This document shows positions 15,354 through 23,438 of a stretch of 39,001 nucleotides of DNA, piece by piece. A model generated the notes under the pieces. That model searched no databases. It had not been told where the DNA came from and saw nothing but the letters and a program-made list of their open reading frames with translations. Each line of letters opens with the position of its first letter. The first letter of the stretch is position 1. The DNA is from a bacterium (lineage in GTDB: Bacteria; Patescibacteriota; Minisyncoccia; UBA6257; HR35), in NCBI GenBank assembly GCA_037444025.1, contig JBBINE010000006.1, positions 1,935-40,935 of the forward strand, in the 5' to 3' direction. A program made the translations under genes and the position numbers.

Positions 15354-15926
15354 TCATATCTCTAATGTTTTTAATATTTCATATTCTGCTCCCTCTTTTT
15401 TAAGAAGAGAACGAAAAAGACAAATCTGTTTTAGATTTATTGACCAATTAAGATTAACCCGAATATCAGGTAAAGAAGATAGATTTCCGATTTTTTTAAG
15501 ACGTACCAGATTGATATGAGGTAGATAAGAACGACTTTCTTGTTTATACCTGATAAGGGAATTCTGTAATTGATCTTCAAAAAAATTTTTTAGCCAATCT
15601 AAAGATTTATTTTTATCTATATAAAGCCAAATCATATTTCTTTTTAATGGTGGTCCATAATCTAATTTGCTAATTTTTAAATTTAATCCTTGTGGTAAAA
15701 ATTTTTTTTCTTTTAACTCCCTACCGAAAACATCAAAAATATTATTTATTTTTAGATAGTCTTCGTGGTTAATATAACCTAAAAATAAAATAGTAAGATG
15801 TAAATTTTTTAAAGGAATCCAAGGTAAGTTAAATTTTAATTTTTTATTTATTTCATCTTCTAGATGAGAAATTTTAACCCGAAGTCCAGAAGTTAAAGGT
15901 AACCCTATAAAAAGTCTTAAATTCAT
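15354..15926 (-). CDS. thpR: RNA 2',3'-cyclic phosphodiesterase / 2'-5' RNA ligase family (2H phosphoesterase)
   Basis: LFIGLPL, then the first motif HLTILFLG (HxTx). The second motif region PHINLVRL reads HxNx instead of HxT/Sx. 190 aa, with an ATGA junction to dnaE. Confidence 0.75.
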   Translation of the reverse strand: MNLRLFIGLPLTSGLRVKISHLEDEINKKLKFNLPWIPLKNLHLTILFLGYINHEDYLKINNIFDVFGRELKEKKFLPQGLNLKISKLDYGPPLKRNMIWLYIDKNKSLDWLKNFFEDQLQNSLIRYKQESRSYLPHINLVRLKKIGNLSSLPDIRVNLNWSINLKQICLFRSLLKKEGAEYEILKTLEI

Positions 15927-18900
15927 CTAACTTTATCAGTAATATCAACTAAATTATCTAAAACGACGATGTTGTTTTTTTCTCTTCTTTGAACATTGCC
16001 AATAAAATAATAGATATTTCCCTTGATCAAAATCTCAAAGTATTTTTCATAAACATCAGAAAAAAGAACTACTTCAATTTTATCGGTTAAATCTTCTACT
16101 TCCATATAAGCATAAGGTTGTTTGTTTTTTGATATTTTTCTTTCAATTTCATTAATAACACCAAGAAAAGAGACTTTTTCTTCATTTAATATTTTTAAGA
16201 TATCTCTAATATTTTTAATTTTATTATTAATCTTAAAATGATTGTGAAGTTTATCATTTAAGATTTCACAAGGATGTCCAGATAAATAGAGTCCTAACAA
16301 TTCTTTTTCCCATTTTAAAATATCTAAAAATCTTATCGTTTTTACTGGCTTTAATTGTAAATCATCATTTGTTTGCGTGCCAAAAAGAGATTTTTCTATT
16401 TTAATATTCTTAATCCTTTGATGATACTCTATAAGATAATCTAAATTACCTAATAAAAGTTCTCTTTTATGAAAACAATCAAAAGCTCCTGCTTTAATTA
16501 AGCTCTCTAAAGATTTCTTATCCATATCTTTATGTTTCACTCTAAGAAAAAAATCAACTATATTTTTAAAAGGCCCTTTTTTTCTTTCAGAGAGAATAAA
16601 TTCTATTAGTGGTTTACCTACATTTTTTATAGAACTTAACCCGAATCTTAAAGTTCGATCATCGATAATAGTAAAATAAAAACCACTTTCGTTGATATCT
16701 GGAGGAAGAACTTTAAAACCATACTCCTTAGCATTTTTTAAATAAATTTTTACTCTCTCAATATCTTTATTTTCGTGAATCAAACAAGAAGTTAAAAATT
16801 CAATAGGAAAATGAGCTTTAAGATAAGCAGTGTAATAGCTTATAATAGCATAAGCAACAGCATGACTTTTATTGAAACCGTAGCGAGCAAATGGTTCAAT
16901 CAATTCTCCTATCTTATAAGCCACTTCTTTGTCAATATTTCTAGCTATCATTCTTTCTGTAAGTATTTTTATTTGTTCATCAAGTAAACTTTTTATTTTT
17001 TTTCCTACGGCCTTGCGTAAAAAATCAGCTTCAAAAGGAGTATACCCTCCTAATTCTTGGGCTATTTTCATCAATTGTTCTTGATAAATCATAATACCAT
17101 ATGTTTCTTGTAAAATAGATTCTAACTTAGGATGAAGATAATTAATAGCTTCTTTACCAAATCTTCTCTTTAAGTAAGAAGGAATCAGATTAAGAGGACC
17201 CGGACGATACATGGCTAATAAAACAGCTATGTCCTCTAATTTTTCTGGTTTAAGTTTTTTTAAATAATCAGTCATTCCTTTGCTTTCTAATTGAAAGATA
17301 CCTACAGTATTTCCTTGAGATAAAAGTTCATAAGTATCTTGATCATCAAAATTCGTAAATTGAACATCAATATTTCTTCTTTCTTTAATTAAATTTTTAG
17401 CTGATTCAATTATAGAAAGGTTTCTTAATCCCAAAAAATCAATTTTTAGTAATCCCAACTCGTTAACAGAATGCATATCGTATTGAGTAATAATAATCTT
17501 TTCTCCCTTGGGAGCAAATTGTAAAGGAGTGAAATTGGTTATATCTTGAGGAGCAATGACTACACCACAGGCATGAACAGAAACTTGACGAACTATCCCC
17601 TCTAATCCTTTAGCAAAATAGAGTATTTTTTGATAAGTGGAATTATCTTTTATTATTTTTTTAACATCCAACAAATTTTCAGCTTCTTTTAAAGGCATAT
17701 TGGCTGGAATTAATCTTGCTAGTTTATCCACAAAAGAAAAAGAATACCCTAAAGCACGGCCAGCATCTCTAATAGCTGCTCTGGAAGCCATTTTTCCAAA
17801 GGTTATTATTTGAGCTACCTTATTTTCTCCAAATTTCTTTTCTACATAAGAAAAAACTTTATCTCTTTTAGTATCAGAAAAATCTATATCTATATCAGGA
17901 AATTCTAAGCGTTCTGGGTTTAAAAATCTTTCAAATAAAAGATTATATTTTAAAGGATCAATTTCGGTTATTCCCAATAAATAAGAAACAAAACTTCCTC
18001 CTGCTGAACCTCTTCCTGGACCAACCATAATATTTTGAGATTTAGCCCAATTAACAATATCAGCTACTATTAAAAAGTAATCTGCAAAACCGGTTTTTTC
18101 TATAACCCTTAATTCATATTCCAATCTTGCCTCAGCTTTTTCTAAATCTAAATTCTTCTTGGAATTCATCTTTGTTTGACATATTTTTCGTAAATAACTA
18201 ATTGAACTTTCAGAAGAGGGCAAAGGATAAACCGGAAGTTTAGGTTTTCCTAATTCAATCTCTACATTTATTCTTTCTTTAATTTCCTGGGTACGGTCAA
18301 TAGCTTCGGGTACATCAGCATAAATTTCTTTGATCCTTTCCAAGCTAGCTAAAGAAAAGTCATCTTCTCTCATAGTTAACCTTTCTTTCTCATCAATGTC
18401 TTTACCTGTTTGAATGGCCAAAAAAATATCATGAGTTTTACTATCTTCGGGGTAGCAATAATGAACATCATAGGTGGCTACTAACGGAATTTTAGTTTTT
18501 TCAGCTAGTTTAATCATAGCAGATTTAAGTTTTTGAGAATCTTCTATTTTAGGGTGATAGTTTAGTTCAAGATAAAAATTTTCTTTACCAAAAATATCTA
18601 TATACTCAAAAACTTTCCTCTCTGCTTGAGAAAAATTGTTTTCTAAAAGATAACGAGAAATTTCACTACTTGGGCAACCAGAGAGACAGATAATACCTTT
18701 ATGGTATTCTTTTAATAATTCTTTATCTATACGTGGCTTGTAGTAAAAACCTTCTAACCAAGATTTAGTTGATAATTTAATAAGATTTTGATATCCTTGG
18801 TAATTTTCTGCCAATAAAGTTAAATGATAGCTTCTACCATATCCCTTAGATTTGTTAAATCTACTCTCAGGAGCTAGGTAAGCTTCCAAACCAATTAAGG

Positions 18901-18985
18901 GTTTAATTCCCGCTTTTTTACATTTTTTGTAAAATTCAATAGCTCCATACATATTTCCATGATCAGTTAAAGCTAGAATGAACAT
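15923..18985 (-). CDS. dnaE: DNA polymerase III alpha subunit (DnaE type), N-terminally short
   Basis: 1020 aa with ALTDHGNMYGAIEFYKKCKKAGIKPLIG (PHP domain), GPGRGSAGGSFVSYLLGITEIDP, FERFLNPER, PDIDIDF, HACGVVI, FDFLGLRNL, MYRPGP, YGFNKSHAVAYA and a C-terminal OB fold. An in-frame stop lies 6 codons upstream of the ATG, at 19001-19003. Confidence 0.93.
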   Translation of the reverse strand: MFILALTDHGNMYGAIEFYKKCKKAGIKPLIGLEAYLAPESRFNKSKGYGRSYHLTLLAENYQGYQNLIKLSTKSWLEGFYYKPRIDKELLKEYHKGIICLSGCPSSEISRYLLENNFSQAERKVFEYIDIFGKENFYLELNYHPKIEDSQKLKSAMIKLAEKTKIPLVATYDVHYCYPEDSKTHDIFLAIQTGKDIDEKERLTMREDDFSLASLERIKEIYADVPEAIDRTQEIKERINVEIELGKPKLPVYPLPSSESSISYLRKICQTKMNSKKNLDLEKAEARLEYELRVIEKTGFADYFLIVADIVNWAKSQNIMVGPGRGSAGGSFVSYLLGITEIDPLKYNLLFERFLNPERLEFPDIDIDFSDTKRDKVFSYVEKKFGENKVAQIITFGKMASRAAIRDAGRALGYSFSFVDKLARLIPANMPLKEAENLLDVKKIIKDNSTYQKILYFAKGLEGIVRQVSVHACGVVIAPQDITNFTPLQFAPKGEKIIITQYDMHSVNELGLLKIDFLGLRNLSIIESAKNLIKERRNIDVQFTNFDDQDTYELLSQGNTVGIFQLESKGMTDYLKKLKPEKLEDIAVLLAMYRPGPLNLIPSYLKRRFGKEAINYLHPKLESILQETYGIMIYQEQLMKIAQELGGYTPFEADFLRKAVGKKIKSLLDEQIKILTERMIARNIDKEVAYKIGELIEPFARYGFNKSHAVAYAIISYYTAYLKAHFPIEFLTSCLIHENKDIERVKIYLKNAKEYGFKVLPPDINESGFYFTIIDDRTLRFGLSSIKNVGKPLIEFILSERKKGPFKNIVDFFLRVKHKDMDKKSLESLIKAGAFDCFHKRELLLGNLDYLIEYHQRIKNIKIEKSLFGTQTNDDLQLKPVKTIRFLDILKWEKELLGLYLSGHPCEILNDKLHNHFKINNKIKNIRDILKILNEEKVSFLGVINEIERKISKNKQPYAYMEVEDLTDKIEVVLFSDVYEKYFEILIKGNIYYFIGNVQRREKNNIVVLDNLVDITDKVR

Positions 18986-19667
18986 GAAGATGAGTAAATT
19001 TCATTTAAGTAAAATTTTACTTAGAAAAAAATTCTTGTCAAAAATTAAAAAATATAAAAATAATTTATCTTTTTGGTCTTTAGAAAAAAAACTTTTAAAA
19101 AACAAGCAAAACATTCTCGCTCTGGATGAAGCTGGCAGAGGAGCTTTAGCTGGACCTTTAAGTGTAGGAGGATTATTTTTAGACAAGATTTCATTGAGAT
19201 TGTTAATCAAAAATAATATTTTCTTTTTTGATTCTAAAATTTTAACCCCAGGAGAACGTTTTTTCTTTAGAAAAATTATAAAAAAAATAAACTTACCTTA
19301 TAAAGTTGTCTTGATTTCAAATAAAACTATAGATAAAAAGGGAGTTGTTTACTCTTTTATTGCTGGAATCGAGAAAATTTATAAATATTTTCAACCTGAA
19401 ATTTTAATCATTGACGGACCTAAAATTAAAAACTTTCCCCTTCCTCGCTCTCATTTTTTTATCAAAGGAGATAGAAATATTTGTTCTTTAGGAGGAGCTT
19501 CAATTTTAGCTAAAACAAAAAGAGACGATTATATGAACAGAATTGATTTAAAAATTAAAGAATATAATTTTTCTCGAAACAAAGGTTACGGTACCAAAGA
19601 ACACTTAAAAGTAATAAAAATTTATGGTCCCTCTAAAATTCACAGACGAAGTTTTTTAAATTTTTAA
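18978..19667 (+). CDS. rnhB: Ribonuclease HII
   Basis: ILALDEAGRGALAGPLSVGG (the DEAGRG motif), FDSKILTPGER and GDRNICSLGGASILAKTKRD. The start is uncertain: ATGs at 18978, 18984 and 18990, or TTG at 19035. The 3' end overlaps rplS convergently by 12 nt. Confidence 0.9.
   Translation: MNMKMSKFHLSKILLRKKFLSKIKKYKNNLSFWSLEKKLLKNKQNILALDEAGRGALAGPLSVGGLFLDKISLRLLIKNNIFFFDSKILTPGERFFFRKIIKKINLPYKVVLISNKTIDKKGVVYSFIAGIEKIYKYFQPEILIIDGPKIKNFPLPRSHFFIKGDRNICSLGGASILAKTKRDDYMNRIDLKIKEYNFSRNKGYGTKEHLKVIKIYGPSKIHRRSFLNF
19014..19041 (-). promoter_or_regulatory. Candidate dnaE promoter TTGACA-N16-TAAAAT, embedded in the 5' end of the rnhB reading frame
   Basis: On the minus strand TTGACA lies at 19041-19036, followed by a 16-nt spacer and TAAAAT at 19019-19014. 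The -10 element ends 28 nt upstream of the dnaE ATG at 18985. Confidence 0.45.
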
Positions 19668-20006
19668 TTTCTTCTTAATTGTTTTGGATTTTATTTTTTT
19701 CACGAAGAAAAGTTTAGCTCGTCTTACTCTACCTTTAGCTAAAACTTCTATCTTTTCAATAAGAGGAGAATGATAGGGATAAATTTTTTCTACCATTTGT
19801 CCTGCTACTTCACCCCTCACAGTAAACATTTTTCTTAAGCTTTTTTTATTTCTAACCGAAATAACTATACCTTCAAAAGCTTGAAGAGAAGTTTTTTTCT
19901 TATCAAAAATTTTTTGCCATATTTTAACCCAATATCCAGGTCTTATCTCGGGTAAATCTGTTCTTAGATACTGTTTTTCTATAAATTGAATTAATTGATC
20001 TGTCAT
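19656..20006 (-). CDS. rplS: 50S ribosomal protein L19
   Basis: LPEIRPGYWVKIWQKI ... LQAFEGIVISVRNKKSLRKMFTVRGEVAGQMVEKIYPYHSPLIEKIEVLAKGRVRRAKLFF matches L19 throughout. Confidence 0.93.
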   Translation of the reverse strand: MTDQLIQFIEKQYLRTDLPEIRPGYWVKIWQKIFDKKKTSLQAFEGIVISVRNKKSLRKMFTVRGEVAGQMVEKIYPYHSPLIEKIEVLAKGRVRRAKLFFVKKIKSKTIKKKLKI

Positions 20007-20033
20007 TTATGAAGTATATTTTAACATAAAAAA

Positions 20034-20354
20034 TTATTTTAGCTTGATAACGTCGAATTTTTTCTTTTTTATATCATACACCCAAAGCTCGTAAGAAAGA
20101 TTTTTAGGTTTAGGAAGTTTAAGAATATTTTTAACCTTATAATTTCTTTTCCTCTCTCTTTGTACTTGTATCAATTTTAAATTTTTTTTGTTTAGAGCAA
20201 TCAAATCAAAATGCCCTAAAATATCCTGTGACTGAAATTTCACTTTAGGCGGTTTCCAGACTAAAAAATTTTTATTCTTTAAAAAATCAAAGGCTATTTT
20301 TTCAACTTTAGCTCCTCTTTTTTTACGATTAATCTTTTTTTTTCTTACCTTCAT
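20034..20354 (-). CDS. Small basic protein, possible PD-(D/E)xK nuclease fold (YraN/UPF0102- or Hjc-like)
   Basis: The track start at 20381 is TTG; the first ATG is at 20354. The pattern G.KVEKIAFDFLKNKNFLV ... GHFDLIALNKKNLKLIQVQ resembles the G..E..A...L...G ... GE(I/L)DLIA....(V/I)EVK core of YraN/Hjc-type nucleases. YraN genes are often syntenic with rnhB and rplS. The similarity is weak. Confidence 0.35.
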   Translation of the reverse strand: MKVRKKKINRKKRGAKVEKIAFDFLKNKNFLVWKPPKVKFQSQDILGHFDLIALNKKNLKLIQVQRERKRNYKVKNILKLPKPKNLSYELWVYDIKKKKFDVIKLK

Positions 20355-20688
20355 TGTTTTTCGAAAAAGATAATTTGTCAATTAATCTTAAAACCTGATC
20401 AGCTTTTTCAAACTCATCAGAAGAATAAAAAAAAATTCGAGAAGGCAGATATCTTAAATAGACATTTTCCCTAATTTCTTTTAAGATACTCCTCGATTGT
20501 GTTTTAAAAAAAGAAATCGTTTCTTTTTCAAAATTTTTAGGATAAACACTTAAATAAACTTTTATAGTTCCCCTTTTTTGAGGAAGAGTCAAATTAACAA
20601 TAGTAATTAAACTATCTTTTCTTTCTTTAAATTTATTTAAAATTTCTGAGATTCTTCTTATAATTTCAAATTTTTTTCTCTCCCTCAT
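20329..20688 (-). CDS. rbfA: Ribosome-binding factor A
   Basis: RRISEILNKF ... ITIVNLTLPQKRGTIKVYLSVY ... LKEIRENVYLRYLPSRIFFYSSDEFEKADQVLRLIDKL fits the RbfA KH-like pattern. It occupies the canonical position after infB. Confidence 0.8.
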   Translation of the reverse strand: MRERKKFEIIRRISEILNKFKERKDSLITIVNLTLPQKRGTIKVYLSVYPKNFEKETISFFKTQSRSILKEIRENVYLRYLPSRIFFYSSDEFEKADQVLRLIDKLSFSKNNEGKKKKD

Positions 20689-20723
20689 TTATTCATAGTA
20701 ATTTTTGTCAATTAATAAAAATT

Positions 20724-22169
20724 TTATTCTGTTTTTAAAATATCGCCTTCTTTAATCTCTTGTTCTGTTTCTACTATCAAACCACAGAGCCTACCTTCTT
20801 CAACTTCGCTTTTAGAAATTTTGTTTTCTTCAAGACTAATTATTTTCCCCCGACCTATTATTTCCTCCCCTCTAAAAATTAAAATTTTTTGATTCAGTTT
20901 AATTTTATATTTAATTACCCTACCACCAATAGTTTTTTTTGTCTTCGATTGATTAAAAACAGCTAAAACCTCCAATTCTCCATTAACGCTTTCTTTGATA
21001 TTTTTATTTTGAATTAAATCAAAAAATTTTTCTTCGATTTCATAAATAATATTAGAATCAAGTAAAGAAAGCTGTAAATTCTTAATTTCTTCTAAAATTA
21101 CCTTGGAATTTTTTAAATTAAAAGTAATTAAAATTGCCCTAAAATCTTTAGCTAATTTAACATCTTCATGCGTTAATGGTCCTAAATCAGCTTTGATAAT
21201 TTTGAGATTGATATTTTTTTGATGAGCTAAATTTTCAAAAATATTTTCTAAAGCTTCAAGAGAACCGAAATGATCTGCTTTAATTATTAAAAGATAATCA
21301 CCTTCGGCTGTTTCTTGAAAAATATATTTTCTAATAAAAAGTTCTTTTTTTTCTTCTAATCTCTTCTGCACTTCTTTAATTTTTTCCCAATCTCCTATCT
21401 CAAAAGATTCTCCTGCCAAAGGAAAATTATCAAAATTACCAACCAAAACAGGTTGACAAGGATAAGCCGAGTTTATTTTTTTTCCTAAATCATCTTCTAA
21501 AATTTTTATTTTAGAAAAAGAATTAGTAGTAATTAAAATATCGCCTAAAGATATTTTTCCTTCGGTAACAATAACTGAAGCTAAAATCCCACGACGATCA
21601 TCTTTAAAAGTTTCTAAAATGAACCCTTGTCCCTGTTTTTCTGTTTCTACATTTAAATCATGAATATCTCTTAAAAGAATAATTGTTTCTAAAAGATCTG
21701 TTATTCCTTGTCCATTTTTAGCAGAAATTTCTATAAAAGGCATATCTCCACCAAATTTTTCTGGTATAACTTCCAGTTCCATCAATTGAGAAATAACCTT
21801 TTGTGGTTCAGCTTCTTTTTTATCTATTTTATTAAGAGCTACAATAAAAGGAAGATTAATAGCTTTAAGATATTCTAAAGATTCTCTCGTCTGTGGTTTT
21901 ACCCCTTCGTCAGCAGCAACAACTAATACTCCTATATCAGCAACTTTTACTCCTCGTTCTCTTAATTTAGAAAAAGCAAAATGGCCAGGTGTATCAATAA
22001 AGGTTATTTTTTCTCGATTAAAAGTTATTTCGTAAGCACCTATTTTTTGAGTAATACCCCCTGCTTCTTTTGAAGCAATATTTGACCGTCGAATATTATC
22101 AAGCAAAGTAGTTTTACCATGATCCACGTGTCCTAAAATAATTACTATTGGCGGTTTCTTGATAAGCAT
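20724..22169 (-). CDS. infB: Translation initiation factor IF-2, minimal form starting at the G domain
   Basis: MLIKKPPIVIILGHVDHGKTTLLD (G1), DTPGH (G3) and NKID (G4), followed by domain II and C1/C2-like regions. It is only 481 aa and has no N-terminal extension. Its ATG overlaps the gatC stop (TAATG). Confidence 0.92.
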   Translation of the reverse strand: MLIKKPPIVIILGHVDHGKTTLLDNIRRSNIASKEAGGITQKIGAYEITFNREKITFIDTPGHFAFSKLRERGVKVADIGVLVVAADEGVKPQTRESLEYLKAINLPFIVALNKIDKKEAEPQKVISQLMELEVIPEKFGGDMPFIEISAKNGQGITDLLETIILLRDIHDLNVETEKQGQGFILETFKDDRRGILASVIVTEGKISLGDILITTNSFSKIKILEDDLGKKINSAYPCQPVLVGNFDNFPLAGESFEIGDWEKIKEVQKRLEEKKELFIRKYIFQETAEGDYLLIIKADHFGSLEALENIFENLAHQKNINLKIIKADLGPLTHEDVKLAKDFRAILITFNLKNSKVILEEIKNLQLSLLDSNIIYEIEEKFFDLIQNKNIKESVNGELEVLAVFNQSKTKKTIGGRVIKYKIKLNQKILIFRGEEIIGRGKIISLEENKISKSEVEEGRLCGLIVETEQEIKEGDILKTE

Positions 22170-22489
22170 TATTCATCTTTTTCTAATATCTTAGGAACTT
22201 TAAGGTAATTATCTTTTAATTCAGGGAAGTTTTTTTTAATTAAATTTTGACTTTCTTGATTATTTAAGAAATAATCTTCTTCCAAAATAGTTACTTCGTC
22301 TTCTCTTGGTTCTATCTTTTCTTTCAGGTTTAATATAAAATCTTCATCTGAAAAATTTAAGCTTTTAATTTTATCAACATAAGCCAGGATATTTTTCAAA
22401 TCAAGATAAAGTTTTTCTACTTCTTGTTCGCTGTCTAATTTTAACCTCGAAAGCAAAGCAAGATGTTTTATTTTTTCTCGATCTATCAT
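22169..22489 (-). CDS. gatC: Asp/Glu-tRNA amidotransferase subunit C
   Basis: IKHLALLSRLKLDSEQEVEKLYLDLKNILAYVDKIKSLNFSDE ... PREDEV matches the GatC pattern. 106 aa. No gatA or gatB is present in the window. Confidence 0.8.
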   Translation of the reverse strand: MIDREKIKHLALLSRLKLDSEQEVEKLYLDLKNILAYVDKIKSLNFSDEDFILNLKEKIEPREDEVTILEEDYFLNNQESQNLIKKNFPELKDNYLKVPKILEKDE

Positions 22490-22560
22490 TTTTAATTAAA
22501 GAAAAAAATCGATTTCTAGAAATTAATTTATGGAACAAGGAGAATTATTTTAATTTTAAC

Positions 22561-23430
22561 TTAAAATTTAAAAAAACTAAAATAAAAAGTAGCTATCTTT
22601 TCTCCAGCTAACATAGAAAATAATGTTCCTAAAAATAAAAAAGGAATAAAAGGAATGGGTTGGCTAAAAGAGTTATCTGATGATTTAATTTTGTTTTTTA
22701 TAAATAAAACTACACCCCAAAAACTTCCCAATAAAGAAGCTAGCATAATTGATAAAATAGCATCTCCTAATTTAAAAAACAAACCAATTAAAAAAGCAAC
22801 CTTAACATCTCCAAAACCCATCCCTTTACCGGCGGTAATTAAAAAAATAAAAAGAAAAAGAAAAGAAGATAAAAAAGCAGATGTCAAAAAATCGAAAATA
22901 ATTTTTTTCTCAGGAGAAACAATTGAATAATTAAATTCTACTAGAGAGTAAAAAAAGTTATTTAATAAAAAAGAAAAATCTCGAGAAGGTAAGTGAAAGC
23001 CTATTTTAAAAAAAAGAAAAGTAATACCTATGATCACACCTCCAAGAATAAAGCGATCATCAACTAAAAAAGTTTTAAAATCATAAAGAGCAAGAACAAA
23101 AAGAATGCTCAAAAATAAAAAATAAAAAGTAAATTCAGCTAAAGAAAAAAAAGTTAAATTAGTTTCTAAAGATAAAAAAAGTAAATATGTCCAGATAGCT
23201 GTTACTATCTCTATTAAGGGATAACGAATTGATATTTTAGAGCCGCAATTGATACAACGTCCTTTTTGAAGAACAAAACTTAAAATAGGTATTAGTTCTT
23301 TCCAGGTTAATATTTTTTTACAAAAAGGACACTTGGAACGAGAAAAAATAAAGCTCTCACCTTTTTCCAACCTTAGAGCAATATTATTTAAAAAAGACCC
23401 CCAGAATAAACCGAAGAAAAAAGCTATCAT
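22561..23430 (-). CDS. pilD: Prepilin peptidase (A24 family, PilD)
   Basis: GSFLNNIALRL, a zinc-ribbon-like pair CPFCKK...CINCGSKISIRYPLIEIVTA, and GMGFGDVKVAFLIGLF (the second catalytic Asp box). 289 aa and polytopic. Confidence 0.9.
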   Translation of the reverse strand: MIAFFFGLFWGSFLNNIALRLEKGESFIFSRSKCPFCKKILTWKELIPILSFVLQKGRCINCGSKISIRYPLIEIVTAIWTYLLFLSLETNLTFFSLAEFTFYFLFLSILFVLALYDFKTFLVDDRFILGGVIIGITFLFFKIGFHLPSRDFSFLLNNFFYSLVEFNYSIVSPEKKIIFDFLTSAFLSSFLFLFIFLITAGKGMGFGDVKVAFLIGLFFKLGDAILSIMLASLLGSFWGVVLFIKNKIKSSDNSFSQPIPFIPFLFLGTLFSMLAGEKIATFYFSFFKF

Positions 23431-23438
23431 TACTGTTT

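Noticed and set aside
15247-15519. Track ORF of 90 aa on the plus strand
   Set aside because: Its first 24 codons or so are the antisense of tRNA-Ile, and the rest is antisense to thpR. It is an artefact of the GC-rich tRNA providing an open frame.
11935-15926. Alternative genetic code (UGA read as an amino acid, as in some candidate phyla)
   Set aside because: TGA clearly terminates conserved proteins at their expected C-termini in ATGA junctions (glycogen synthase at 11936-11938, dnaE at 15923-15925, pilT at 24641-24643). All conserved genes are intact under the standard code.
19001-19210. Track ORF of 69 aa upstream of and in frame with dnaE
   Set aside because: I checked it as a possible missing DnaE N-terminus. 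It is separated from dnaE by a TGA and has no PHP-like sequence (no HxH, no SxLDG). It is antisense to the conserved DEAGRG region of rnhB.
22506-22523. Overlapping short palindromes AAATCGATTT and ATTTCTAGAAAT between pilD and gatC, considered as a possible terminator or operator
   Set aside because: They have no loop and are nearly all A/T, so no stable hairpin would form and no U-tract logic applies. Such palindromes are expected by chance in this composition.
22655-22930. Track ORF of 91 aa antisense to pilD
   Set aside because: It lies inside the prepilin peptidase gene. Its Lys-rich low-complexity translation is typical of the antisense of an AT-rich membrane-protein gene.
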